Shown here: positions 34,173 through 52,049 of the stretch, piece by piece
How positions within the stretch are numbered: the stretch's first letter is position 1
Layout: each line of letters opens with the position of its first letter
Origin: the human T2T-CHM13v2.0 reference genome, Homo sapiens
Assembly (NCBI RefSeq): GCF_009914755.1
Contig: NC_060933.1
DNA: 64,000 nucleotides
Reading direction: 5' to 3' (one strand)
The notes under the pieces: model-generated
What the model saw: only the letters and a program-made list of their open reading frames with translations
What the model was told of the DNA's origin: nothing
The model's database searches: none
Position numbers and translations under genes: made by a program

Positions 34173-34426
34173 TGTCTAAATGCACAAGTTTATAATGATG
34201 CTAAAATAAAATAATATTGGTCACTTTGGAGGATACTGGGGAACTGGCTCTTGACTTTGAAAAATGGTTAGAGAATTTTGCATTTATCCTGAAAATATGT
34301 CTAAATGCACAAGTTTATAATGATGCTGAAATAAAATAATATTGGTCGCTTTGGAGGATACTGGGGAACTGGCTTGTGACTTTGAAAAATGGTTAAATAG
34401 AGAATTTTGCATTTATCCTGAAAATA
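34173..34426 (+). repeat. Two-copy tandem duplication, ~125-bp unit
   Basis: 34173-34297 versus 34298-34426: about 4 substitutions and one 4-nt indel. Confidence 0.95.
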
Positions 34427-34608
34427 ACAAATACATGATGAAGAGAAGTTTATCTTTAAAGAAGTAATTTATAAACAATAAAGGAATTAGGCTGTTACTA
34501 CTTTGCAGCTGCTAATGAATCGGATTACATTAGTTTCCAGCATCACAAAAAGATAGCCAGATATTTACATGTACCCTAATGAAAGGACACACCACCACTG
34601 TGGAATAG

Positions 34609-36939
34609 GGTATCTCTTCTCACACTGCTAAAAAGAACTACCTGAGACTGGGTAGTTTATGAAGAGGTTTAATTGACTCCATTCCACAGGCTGTATAGGA
34701 AGCGTGGCTGGGAGACCTCAGGAAACTTAACAATTATGGTGTAAGGTGAAGGGGAAGCAAGCATGTCTTACCATGGCAGAGTAGGAGAGAGGATGAGGGG
34801 GAAATGCTACACGCTTTTAAACAACCGGATCTTGTGAGAACTCACTATCACAAGAACTACAAGGGGAATCCGCCCCCATTATCCAATCACCTCCCACCAA
34901 GATCCTCCCTCAACATTGGGAATTACAATTCAACATTTGATTTGGCCGGGGACACAGAACTAACCATATCATTCTGCCCCTGGCCCTTCCGAAATCTTGT
35001 GTCCTTTTCATATTTCAGAACACAATCATGCCCTCCCAGCAGTCCCCCAAAGTCTTAACTCATTCTAGCATTAACTCAAAAGTCCAAGTACAAGTTGAAT
35101 CTGAGACAAGGCAAGCCCTTTCCACCTATGAACCTGTAAAATCAAAAACAAGCTAGTTACTTCCAAGATATAGTGGGGGCGCAGGCATTGGGTAAATACC
35201 CCCTTTCAAAAAGGGAGAAATCAGCCAAAACGAAGGAACTACAGGCCCCACACATGTCTGCAACCCTGCAGGGCAAACATTTAAGTCTTAATGCTCCCAA
35301 AAAGTCTTTGACTGCATGTCTCACATCAAGGCCACACTGATGCAAGGAGTGGGCTCCCAAGGCTTTGGGCAGCTCCACCCCTGTGGCTCGGCAGGGTTCA
35401 GCCCCCACAGCTGCTTTCATGGGCTGACATTGAATGCCTGCAGCTTTTCTTGGCACACGGTGCAAGCTGTCAGTGGATCTACCATTCTGGGGTCTGGAGG
35501 ACGGTGGCCCTCTTCTCACAGCTCCACTAGGCAGTGCCCCAGTGGGGACTCTGTGTAGGGCCTGCAACCCCACATTTCCCTTCCATACTGCCCTAGTAGA
35601 GGTTCTCCATGAGGGCTTAGCCCCTGCAGCAGACTTCTGCCTGGACATCCAGGCATTTCCATACATCCTTTGAAACCTAAGCAGAGTCTCCCCCAAACCT
35701 CAACTCTTGCCTTCTGCACACCCACAGGACCAGCACCTTGTGGAAACTGCCAAGGCTTGGGACTTGCACCCCCTGAAGTAATGGCCTGAGCTATATCTTG
35801 GCCCCGTTTAGCCACACCCGGAGTGGCTAGGATGTAGGGCACCATGCCCTAAGGCTGCACAGAGCGGCAGGGCCCTGGACCTGGCCCAAGAAACAAGTTT
35901 TCCCTCCTAGATCGCCAGGCCTGTGATGGGAGGGGCTGCTTCTGACATGCCCTGGAGGCATTTTCCCCATTGTCTTGGCTGTTAACATTTGGCTCTTCTT
36001 TACTTCTGCAAGTTTCTGCAGCCTTGAATTCCTTCTCCGGGAAATGGGTTTTTCTTTTCTACTGCATGGTTGGGCTGCAAGTTTTCCAAACTTTCATGCT
36101 CTGCTTTCCTTTTAAAGTTCTAGTTTCAGGTCACTTTTGTTTATGCAAATGAGCATAGGCTGTTAGAAGCAGCCAGGCCCCATCTTGAATGCTTTGCTGC
36201 TTAGAAATTTCTTCCACCGGATGCCCTAAATCGTCTCTCTCAAGTTCAGAATTCCAGAGATCTCTTGAGCAGAGGCACAGTGCTGCCAGTCTTTGCTAAA
36301 ACATAGCAAGAGTGACGTTTACTCGAGTTTCCAATAAGTTCCTCATCTCCATCTGAGACCACCTTAATCTGGACTTCACTGTCCATATCCTTGTCAGCAT
36401 TTTGGTCACAACTGCTCAACAAGTCTCGAAGTTCCAAACTTTCCCTCATCTTCCTGTCTTCTTCTGAGCCCTCCAAACTGTTCCAACCTCTGCTTATTAC
36501 CCAGTTCCAAAGTTGTTTCCACATTTTCAGTTATCTTTATAGCAATGCCCCCACTTCTCTTGTATCAATTTTCTGTATTAGTACATTCTCACACTTCTAT
36601 AAAGAACTACCTGAGACTGGGTAATTTATAAAGAAAGGGTTTAATTGAATCACAGTTCTTCAGGCTGTACAAGGTGCATGGCTGGGAGTCCTCAGGAAAC
36701 TTAAAATCATAGGGAAGGTGAAGAGGAATCAGGCACGTCTTACCATGGCGGTGAGAGAGAAGGGGGAAGTGCTGCACACTTTTAAACGATCAGATCTTGT
36801 GAGAACTCAGTATCATGAGATCAGCAAGGAGGAAATCCACCCTCATGAGCCAATCACCTCCCACTAGATTCCTCCCCCAACATTGGGGATTACGGTTCAA
36901 CATGAAATTTGGGTTGGGACACAGAGCCAAACCATATCA
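34609..36939 (-). mobile_element. Complete MSTA-type MaLR provirus (LTR 34609-34971, internal 34972-36573, LTR 36574-36939)
   Basis: Two direct LTRs, a MaLR internal ORF remnant (RFQRMYGNAWMSRQK...), and 5-bp TSD aatag. Confidence 0.93.
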
Positions 36940-36983
36940 AATAGTCTTATTAAAAAAATCAAATTGCAGTCTAAGTCGCTAAA

Positions 36984-37189
36984 ACAGGGTTTCTCACCTC
37001 AGCATTATTGACATTTTAGAGTGGATAAATTTTTTTGTGCTTTTTAGAATGTTTAGCAGTATTCCTAGCCTCTGCCTGTTAGATGTCAGTAGTACACACA
37101 CACATACTTCACCCCAGTTGTTACAATCAAAAATGTCTCCAGACATTTGCCCCCTGGGGAGCAAAAGTACCCCCAGTTGAGAACCACTG
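36984..37189. mobile_element. MER20 (hAT-Charlie)
   Basis: cagggtttctca...aaaaatgtctccagacatt...gttgagaaccactg. Confidence 0.82.
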
Positions 37190-37308
37190 GTCTAAAACTA
37201 CCAGGTTACAATAAATTCAGGACAGGAAGAAATATGTTAAATAACACTGAGGAATACAGTCAGCAAAACCTAGAATATAAGGAACTCTGTAGGATAAATA
37301 ATTTACTT

Positions 37309-38080
37309 CAGCACTGTCCAGTAGAAATACAGTGTAAGCTCTACATGTAACTTTCTTTTTTTTTTTTTTTTTTCAAGACAGAGTCTTCACTCTGTCACCC
37401 AGGCTGGAGTGCAGTCTCAGCTCACTGCAACCTCCGCCTTCTGGGTTCAAGCGATTTTCCTGCCTCAGCCTCCCAAGTAGCTGGGACTAGCAGGCATACC
37501 ACCATGCCCTGCTAATTTTTTTGTATTTTTGGTAGAGATGGGGTTTCATTTTGTTGGCCAGGCTGGTCTCAAACTCCTGACCTCAGGTTATCCACCCACC
37601 TCAGCCTCCCAAAGGCTAGGTTTATAGGTGTGAGCCACCACACCCAGCCTACATGTAACTTTGTAGTAGCCAGATTTTAAAAAGCAAAAAGTAATGGGTT
37701 AAATGAATTACAATAATATATTTTACCCAGTATATCCAAAATATTGTCGTTTCAACTTATAAGCAATATTGAAAATTTACTAATAAGCTATTTTGTATCT
37801 CATAGTCTTCAAAATACTTTATACTTAAAACACATCTCAAGTCAGATAGTAAATTTTCATCAGAAATACTTGATCTGTATTCTGACTTTCTGAAACTGAT
37901 AGTTGAAAAAGTTAGGTTCACATACCCAAGCTGTTCCATTTTCCAGTAGCTAGGAACAAGTATCAGTTTTTAATTTTAAATTTAAATTCAAATTTAAAAT
38001 TCAGTTTCTTAGTTGCTTTAGCCACATTTTAGTGCTTTATAGCCACATGTGACTGGTTTCTACTTTATTAGACAGTACAG
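37309..38080. mobile_element. MER33/Charlie5-type element with an antisense AluS (37351-37649)
   Basis: cagcactgtccagtagaaata...tagccacatgtgactgg...tagacagtacag. Alu TSD ctacatgtaacttt. Confidence 0.8.
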
Positions 38081-38769
38081 TTTCTAAAATACTTTCAAGG
38101 AAAAGTGGAAGGGGAAACCTAAAAGTTTAAAAGGACTTAAGAAATGTATTAACCAAATATAATGTGTATACCTTATTTTGATTCTGATTTAAACAAATCA
38201 ACTACTTTTAAAAGGTAGAAAAAAACAGGGAGATTTGAATGCTGACTCAGTACTTGATAATAGAAATTATTGATAATATTTTTAGGTTTGATAGTGGTAT
38301 TATGGTTATGGGTTTTTTTTTTAAGCCTTTATCTTTTAAAGATACATTGCCACAATATTTATGAAGGAAATGATAGGCTGTCTGGGATTGCTTCAAAATA
38401 TTCCAGAGAGAGGGCCATTTAGGAAGGGAGTATACATGAAACAATGTTGGTTATGAGTTGATAATTGTTGAAGCTGGATAATAGGTATGTGAAAGTTTAT
38501 ACCATTCTCTCTACTTTTGTATATGTTTGAAATTTTTCATTATAAAAAGTAAAGCTTCCATTCTTCGCGATGATGAAGTAACAGGAACCATATTTACTGT
38601 CTCACTGGAAACCACTAAAAGATGTGAGTATGTCAAATAGAGGTTTTCAGACATTGGACAACAGGCAGCACAGGACAGTGATCCTTGAGAGAAGGGGTAG
38701 AAAACAAAGTGAGCCCTATGATTGCCTCATCTTACTGCTTGGAAAGAGTTTCCACACCACAATGCACGT

Positions 38770-42630
<3,861 letters not shown>

Positions 42631-43631
42631 TGAAATGAGTTACCAAAAAAAAATTAAGTTAGAGTTTTATCATTTATTTCACTTGTCTTTTTACTAGTAT
42701 TTTTATTACGTCATTTTAAACATATACAAGAATATGAAGAGTAACATAACATCCATGTGTCCGCTACCCCTCTTTAACAAATGTTAACCCTTGCTGTATT
42801 TGTTGTAGATTTTTAAACCTGTTCACGTATTCAGAGTCTCTTTTTACCCTTCCCCATCTATTATTCTACTTCACCAGAGTCTGTCACTCTCCGGCAGGGT
42901 TATGTACATGATTCACTGTAACTTAACTGCATAAATGTATTTGTTACATAAATGTGAGCTATATAGGGGTGCCTTTTTGTGGAAAGCATCCACAGAGGGT
43001 AGATTTTAGGAAATGTAGACATAGGACTGCACAGGTGAATGGAAAGATTAAATCAGAGTAAAGTAGCAGCTTTATTCTGAAGCCAACCTCTTCAAACCCT
43101 TTGACTTAAGAAAAAAACAGTGTTGCTAGCAGATAAGCAACTAGGAGCATGCAGGCACAAACACACATAGCCAAACGAAGCTGAAGATTAGGTTTGATAT
43201 GCTAGGGCTGGGCAAAATCCAGAGATGTGGAAGACAAGAAAGTCCTCTCCCCCACTCCCCACCTTCACCAAGAACAAAGGAAGGAAAGGATGGCAGAATG
43301 AATAGCAATAGTATTCTAAATAGGTAGTCGGTGTCCAGCAAAAAGCAATCAAAGGTAAGTTCCAAATGGGAGTGAAGAAACTGAACTAGCTACCAGAGGA
43401 GAGCCTCATCAGGGCTTATTTCCTGGGCATGTGGGGAATGTCATCTGCTACTTTTTCATCTGTTCTATTGGTAAGTAATTGTAGAGTCCATGCTGAAGTT
43501 ACTTCATTGATTGAGCTTATGAATGTGGTTGTTCCATATAGGAAATGTTGTTATAAAAGAGGTTTCATGAAGAAGTTGACCCATCAGGCAGATACTATTA
43601 ATATGTGTAGCTTTAAATCCAGTAACACAAT

Positions 43632-43981
43632 TGTATTGGTCCGTTTTCATGCTGCTGATAAAGACATACCCGAGACTGGGCAGTTTACAAAAGAAAGAGG
43701 TTTAATGGACTTACAGTTCCATATGGCTGGGGAGGCCTCACAATCATGGCGGAAGACAAGGAGGAGCAAGTCACATCTTACATGAATGGTGGCAGGCAAA
43801 GAGAAAGCTTGTACAGGGAAACTCCCCCTTATAGAACCATCAGATCTCGTGAGACTTACTGTCATGAGAACAGCACAGGAAGGACCTGCCCCCATGATTC
43901 AGTTGCCTCCCACCAGGTCCCTGCCACAACACGTGGGAATTCAAGATGAGATTTGGGTGGGGACACAGCCAAACTATATCA
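43632..43981 (-). mobile_element. THE1A/B solo LTR
   Basis: tgtattggtccgttttcatgctgctgataaagacatacccgag...ccaaactatatca with TSD acaat. Confidence 0.92.
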
Positions 43982-44212
43982 ACAATACAATATTTGATTC
44001 TGGTGCCTGAAGTTTTACTTTTACATCAGTATTAATGAGAACTTAAGAAAACGATTTGTTTGTGTCATGTTTACAGAAGTATGAAATCAATGGCTTTGGA
44101 GTAAGTATGCTCTTAAACTGTAACCCACACCTGACACAGTGAGAGATACTCTTCCAATAGCCCTTATAGATGGACTGAGATTAGTACAGGTTGGCAGGGT
44201 GTTCTCTTCTGA

Positions 44213-44547
<335 letters not shown>

Positions 44548-44804
44548 AAGAAATACTGTTTTGAGTAGAGCTGACTGCCGTGTTTCTGGAAAGTAGGAAA
44601 GTTTTTGGGGAGAGGGTTTTGTTTTTAATCAGTGAATTACTAATTTTTTTTTTTTTTTAACCAAGACAGCCACTTTCAAATTTAAAGTTAAAATTCCTGT
44701 AGTTGAATGCATTTTGGTTATTCAGAAAGCACAAATAGCCACCATAACTCGTTATGTATTATTTTGATTATATTTTAATAGTGCATAATTTCTCAACACA
44801 TTTG

Positions 44805-45110
<306 letters not shown>

Positions 45111-45159
45111 TAATTTTAAAGTTAACTGGAGAAACTTAGCACATTTTGATTCTCTTTTT

Positions 45160-45900
45160 GTTCTTGTTCCTTTTCCTTGCCCTTTGCCCAATTTAGCCAT
45201 TACCACATTACTAGTTCACCTCTTTCTAACTATCACGGCTACCACTCTGTCTAGGCATTAAGTCCTAATAGCTGTGGCCTCACTTTTTATGAATTTTGCA
45301 CTCGTTTAACTGCCAGAAAAAAAAAATTGTGCTGATTTTTATATTCTGCTGCAGAAATCTACAGCTTTATAATATTATACATCATCCAAAGCTTTACAGT
45401 AGTCTTCTAATGTCTACTTCCAACTTCTAGCCTTTTTTACCTTGGTTGGCTATTCCAGTGTTCCTACCATTGTTCATAACCTCTGTATCTTTCCCGTATC
45501 GTTTGTTCACCTTTTTCATTCTGAGTCCATTGCTGCTTTTAAGACCAGAACTCTTCCTTGACACACATAAGTAACTTTACTTAATACTACCTCTGACTTT
45601 ATTTTGCATTTCCTCAGCAATATTTTACACCACTCTGTTTTTCTTATTCATATGTTGATTTGAAAGTTCTTAAATGATCTGAGTGTACCTATAGTTCCAA
45701 CTACTTTGGAGGCTGAGATAGGAGGATCACTTGAGTCCAGGAGTTCAAGTCCATCCTGGGCAACACTGTAAGACCTTATCTCTAAAAAAAAATAAAATAA
45801 AATTTTTTAATGCTTTTCATTGATAAATGCTTTACCAGCCCTTTTGTAAGGTTCTTTCATTTCTTGTTGTGCATACTTAATAAATGTTTGTTGCTGTCTG
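45160..45900 (+). mobile_element. L2 3' region with a FLAM (45680-45801)
   Basis: Pyrimidine-rich L2 body ending cttaataaatgtttgttg. Confidence 0.65.
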
Positions 45901-45940
45901 ATCGTAGTCATTAGCCACACATTTGAAAGAGTCAAGAATG

Positions 45941-46286
<346 letters not shown>

Positions 46287-48497
46287 TCACTTTCTCTTTT
46301 ACCTACTCTTGTTTTCTTCTCATGTTTGCTGCCATTTACCTGCACATGATTTTTATCTATCTCATCTGTTCCTGCTATGCAGCTTCACTTGAACCAAAGA
46401 GAAATTTTTTTTTCCTACTTGTCCCTTTGAACACATGGCAGGTTGCTCTGAGGAACTATTGCTACCACTTGGTTTTGTCCTTTTTTCTTTCTTGAAAATA
46501 AATTCACAAAAGAAGATTGACACAAAATTTCAGGGGAGATTGTATTTATGAGGGGACCGTGGAGTTTGATACTTTCTCAGATTTTTGGAAGGTAAATAGG
46601 GCAACAGACCTATAAAACATCCCCTGAAAAAGGTAGATGGTGGGAAGCCTCTCTTTGGTAATGTCACTAACTTATGGGCTATTTTTAGGACAAATTAGTA
46701 AGCTGTGTGTGAATCCAAATACAGAGGTCGATAAAAATTTCTTGTTATTTCGTTTTTGACCATGGGCAGGTTTCCTAACGTTAACTCCAAGCTTAATCAT
46801 TCTCTGCAGCCATAAGTATGATACCTACCTAATTTGGAGGGATATTATGATATTCAGTTTAATAATATATATCAAGATGCCTAGTGTGCTGCTTAGCATG
46901 AAGCCAGTGTTTCCTTTAAAAGTGTAGATTTACATCAGAATTAATATTAGTTATAAAGATGGAAAGTTGTTACATTTATTTGCTTATTCTAATACCAAAT
47001 TTAGGAGCTCTGTGCTTTTCATCTGACCTCTCTTCTGCCTACCTGCTTGCCACTCCCTCAAAAAAGAACTGTTTCAGAGGAGACTTTTTTTTTTACTTAG
47101 ATGAAATTTTGAAGAAAACATTTTACAAAGAAATAGTATTATTCCCATTATTTTATTGTTTATGATTAAATTAGTTTAAGTAGAATTTATGGTCTTGTGT
47201 ATTAAAAGTTAAGATTATTATTCTAAATTTCTAGCATTACATTAAAATTTAAAGTTGACTTTCTAAATGAATGATTTTTATATTTTTAAGTGTGTATTCT
47301 GTCTGGTAACTAAAACAAATGGTTAACATTTGAATTTGAAATCAACTAAATTGGAATGATGTTTTATTAAAGGAAAAATGAGGGAGAAATGTGTTAATTT
47401 ACAGCTAATGTTTTAGTAAAAGTTGATGATACCTAGAACTTAATTTTATTCATATAGAAAATGGTTTTCATTTTATTTGATTCTTATTTTAATGAACTGT
47501 TACTAAAATAACAGTTTTAATATATACAGTTTTCATAAGAAATTCTGTGAATAATTCTTACTTCTTCCACAAGAGGGCCTTCTTAGAAAAGCTTTTTCTT
47601 GTTTAATGTCGAGGTATTTCTGTACAATTTCCATGACAAGTGAACTTTCCATAAAAAGAATTTTAGAAAAAAAGATAATACTTACAAATTTTTTCTAGGG
47701 TATATAACTACAAAGTAATCTTTTTTGAGATGTTAGTGGGGGATATTTTGTACATTTCACTCATTTCTTATCTTACATCTTAAACAGATGGAGTATTTTC
47801 TATTCTCTATTAACTATTAAAGGCTAGACTCTAAGCAGAAATGTAGATAAAGCCTTTTCACTAGTCTGACTTTACAGCATTATCTGATATAATTATATAT
47901 GCCTTCCCACTTCTACCCTTAAAAAGCTCAGCAAGAATTGTGGTTTTAAAAACAAAAAGCAAAACAAGTGCCATGTGAAGATCTCTATCACAAACACATA
48001 TGTATAGAATATTTTCTCAGATAAATATTTTATTACACATATGCCACCAAACAAACTATTAAATGAGGTTTTGTCTTTCTAAGTCCAGAGCTTCAAATTA
48101 TCAACTCATTGATACTTCTTTTCCATAATGTTCTAATACTTTATTTTAGCAAAGTCCAGAGGAACAAGAATCAGGAATAGAAGAAATTAGGAGTATTTAG
48201 TTTCTATCCAGCTGCTCCTTGTTTTGCATTTGCCTGAGTACAATGGTCCTTAGCAGAGTAGGGGTGATTGGGAGTCTTTAACATTTTCTTTTATTTCTCT
48301 CAAGCTATAGGGACTGAGGAATTTATTCAAGGAAACTATAGTACTAAGTGGTTAGTATAAAGGATTGCTTGCATTTTCAGTTTGGTCCAGTATCTATCCT
48401 TTCACTTTTCATAACTATTGTCTTGGTTTAGTTTATTTGCTATCAAACCCATGTGCATAAAAGTCACCTGAGGGCCCGCTTAATAATACAGGTGTCC

Positions 48498-49207
48498 CCA
48501 GTTAGAATGGCATTCATTAAAAAGTCAGGAAACAACAAGTGCTGGAGAGGATGTGGAGAAATAGGAACACTTTTACACTGTTGGTGGGACTGTAAACTAG
48601 TTCAACCATTGTGGAAGACAGTGTGGCAATTCCTCAAGGATCTAGAACTAGAAATACCATTTGACCCAGCCATCCCATTACTGGGTATATACCCAAAGGA
48701 CTATAAATCATGCTGCTATAAAGACACATGCACACGTATATTTATTGCGGCACTATTCACAATAGCAAAGACTTGGAACCAACCCAAATGTCCAACAATG
48801 ATAGACTGGATTAAGAAAATGTGGCACATATACACCATGGAATACTATGCAGCCATAAAAAATGATGAGTTCATGTCCTTTGTAGGGACATGGATGAAAT
48901 TGGAAATCATCATTCTCAGTAATCTATCACAAGGACAAAAAACCAAACACCGCATGTTCTCACTCATAGGTAGGAATTGAACAATGAGAACACATGGACA
49001 CAGGAAGGGGAACATCACAGTCTGGGGACTGTTGTGGGGTGGGGGGAGGGGGGAGGGATAGCATTGGGAGATATACCTAATGCTAGATGACGAGTTAATG
49101 GGTGCAGCACACCAGCATGGCACATGTATACATATGTAACTAACCTGCACATTGTGCACATGTACCCTAAAACTTAAAAGTGTAATAATAATAAAATAAT
49201 AAATAAT
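48498..49207 (+). mobile_element. 5'-truncated young L1 (L1PA2/3-like) inserted in a MER5A-like element
   Basis: Open ORF2 C-terminus ([18 protein letters not shown]...MFSLIG), G-rich 3' UTR, GAG rather than the L1HS ACA diagnostic, (AAT)n tail, TSD taataatacaggtgtcc. Confidence 0.95.
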
Positions 49208-49329
49208 AATAATACAGGTGTCCAGACCTCAGCCCCGGAGATATTAATCAAGTAGATCTGGAATGTGCTTAGGCCATTCCATATCCCCCACCCCCAGCTG
49301 TTTTTTGTGCCAACCAGAGTTTGAGGGTT

Positions 49330-50210
49330 AGTGAAAAGAGCAAACCAGACCTGTTTTATTTCTCAGAAATCTGCTAGTTCCGTAACCTTGGGCAAGTTTC
49401 TTAATGTGTCTGAGCCACATGTACAAATAGAGATAACCCTTTTCTTTAAGATCATAATTGGGATTAGAACAATTAACAGGATAGTGGTTGTAACAGTGCT
49501 TGACCTACAGAAGACATTTAGTAGATGAGATACCTTCCCTGTTGCATGTGAAATTTTTGCAGTCTGGCCCTTGTCCATTTTACCAACTCTGATCTTTTAC
49601 ATCCTTACAAATTCCTCTCCTCCAGCCACATTAGATTACTTGTTTCTTAAATAAGCAGGTCTTTGAGGCTCATATGCCTTAAAATTCATAATCACCTGTC
49701 CTTGGAATGTCATCTGCTGTATATGTTCCTTATTTCTTGTCATTTAAGGCTGTTAAGTTGTCATAGCTTCTGTGACCACTCTGACCTTCCCTACATACAT
49801 ACTCTGTCCAATCTGCTCCTGCTGAGAGGTGCCATGCTGTAATGAAAAGAGCATGTGTCCTGTAAGCAGACAGGGATCTGAATCATGACAGTCTCTAACT
49901 AAATGTGTGGGCTTGGGCAAGTTACTTAATTCCTTTCAGTCTCTTTTTTTTTTTTTTAATGCGCTAAATGAGGATAATATTACTGTGCAGTGTTTGTGAG
50001 AAATAAAGGGAATAATGTATGCGAAGCACCTAGCCAAGGGCCCAGCACATAAGCATTCGGTAAAGAGTATCTGTTTCTGTTATGATAATGATCCTGTGTC
50101 CTTATTCACCTTTCTGTGACCAATGCGGATTATAATACTGGCATTTAATAGGTTCTCAGTAATTATTTGGTGAAGGAATAAATAGGTCCATGAATAAATA
50201 AATACATGGA
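49330..50210 (+). mobile_element. MIR and L2 fragments
   Basis: MIR core ccttgggcaagtttcttaa, and a second copy near 49912. L2 motifs ctccagccacattag and aggttctcagtaattatttggtgaa. Confidence 0.65.
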
Positions 50211-50328
50211 AGGTACTTGGAAAACTATCAAGCATGATTTAAAGGTTCTAACTACATTTGAGTGCTGAGTTTTGTCATATGAAGCCTGTGTACTGTGTAT
50301 CTCAAATCTGATTATAATATAATTACAT

Positions 50329-50650
50329 GACCGGGCCTGGTGGCTCACACCTGTAATCCCAGCACTTTTGAGAGCCCAAGGCGGATGGATCACTTGAGGC
50401 CAGGAGTTGGAGACCAGCCTGGCCAACATGGTGAAACCTTGTCTCTACTAAAAACACAAAAATTAGCCAGGCATGGTGGTACACATCTGTAATCTCAGCT
50501 ACTCGGGAGGCTGAGGCGTGATAATCACTTGAATCTGGGAGGCAGAGGTTGCAGTGAGCTGAGATCACGTCACGTCACTGCACTCCAGCCTGGGTGACAG
50601 AGCAAGATTGTCTCAAAAAAATAAATAAATAAGTAAATAAATAAATAAAT
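50329..50650 (+). mobile_element. AluS
   Basis: Full Alu with an (aaat)n tail and TSD tataattacatg. Confidence 0.9.
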
Positions 50651-50939
50651 ATAATTACATGGAGCTAAGCTAGACTTTCAGGAAAAGGCAGTAAAATTTA
50701 AATTTTACACCTCTTATGGATTAGAGAAATGCCAGGTTATTGATGTGCTGATGTATTTTAAAGTTTAAGTTCAAGTTTAACCTTTATAATAAAAAGAGTC
50801 ATTATTTAAGAAACAGTTTCAGATAATTTGATTATCATTATAATCAGAATTCAACAATATTTAATATGTGGTAGTTTAATAAAACATCCCTCTGCTTTAA
50901 CATTAACATTCAAATTTTCAAAATAAATTTTTTTAATAG

Positions 50940-51083
<144 letters not shown>

Positions 51084-52049
51084 TAATGCTACAATTGCCA
51101 TATTTAACATTTTTAAGATTATGGAATCTTAGCCATTGTAACAGGCCGTGAAAAACATGATGTGTCGTAAAAAATAGGGAGTTTTTCCACATTTTTAAAC
51201 TGAATATATATATATATATAAAATAATGTTGCTTAAGAGATCAATGGTATTGGTACTATAACATTTATTCTTCCAATACAAATGCCTTTTAATGGGTACA
51301 GTTGGAACATATATAGTTTTTCATGGAAACATTGTACCAGTAATTGGTATATCAGAAATAATAAATAGAATATTTTAAAAATAAAGGGAAAATGAAAATG
51401 TTTCCCTGGAAATTGGGGTGTTTAATTAGGGTTCAATGAGAGCTGAATATTTAAGGCTAACATCTGCCAATAAGAAAAGGAAAAAAGAGGTCTTATTTCC
51501 ATTATATTTTTTATCCTGACATACCACTCAGTAAAATTAGGAGATGCTGCCCTTTAGTCACATTCCACCGTTAATTATGTACCTCTGTGACAAGTGGGGA
51601 TGATACTTTGCCTAGATACCTATTCAGAATAATGTCAAAATGAAATTAGAAAATAAGTTTTAAAATATCTAGTATTGGTGTGTCTTTAAAATTCTTAATT
51701 TCAAATGTTATCTATTTCAGTAGATAATGAAATGGCTACTAAAGATATAAACAACTGGAAAAAAATTAATGGATTATAATTTTCAAATCCTCAATTGATT
51801 TATTTTATGATATCAGACACAGAAATCACAGAGAATGGATTCGACTAATTGGATACATACTAGGAACTTAGTAGATATCTTTAAAACAAATTGAGAAGCT
51901 TGTTTCTAAAAACAGTAGAATGTCTTCAGAATACATTGTGTTGTTATAAAATAAATATAAGTACAATCTACTAATTTTTTTTTTCAGAAAAAGCATGATT
52001 CTATTCTTGATAAGTCATACTGTTTTTGAATCAAAATTAGGAGATGATT

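Noticed and set aside
34173-34426. Possible CRISPR-like or minisatellite array
   Set aside because: Only two adjacent copies and no spacers.
35157-35696. 179-aa ORF, the longest in the track
   Set aside because: A typical MaLR internal-region frame remnant with no evidence of a domesticated gene.
43000-43620. Apparently unique stretch with AGATAA and CAAACA motifs, a possible enhancer or very old LTR
   Set aside because: Short motifs are expected by chance and I could not assign a family or function by eye.
48453-48980. 175-aa ORF with a Cys-rich motif
   Set aside because: It is the LINE-1 ORF2p C-terminus of a truncated insertion. The start lies in flanking DNA and there is no promoter.
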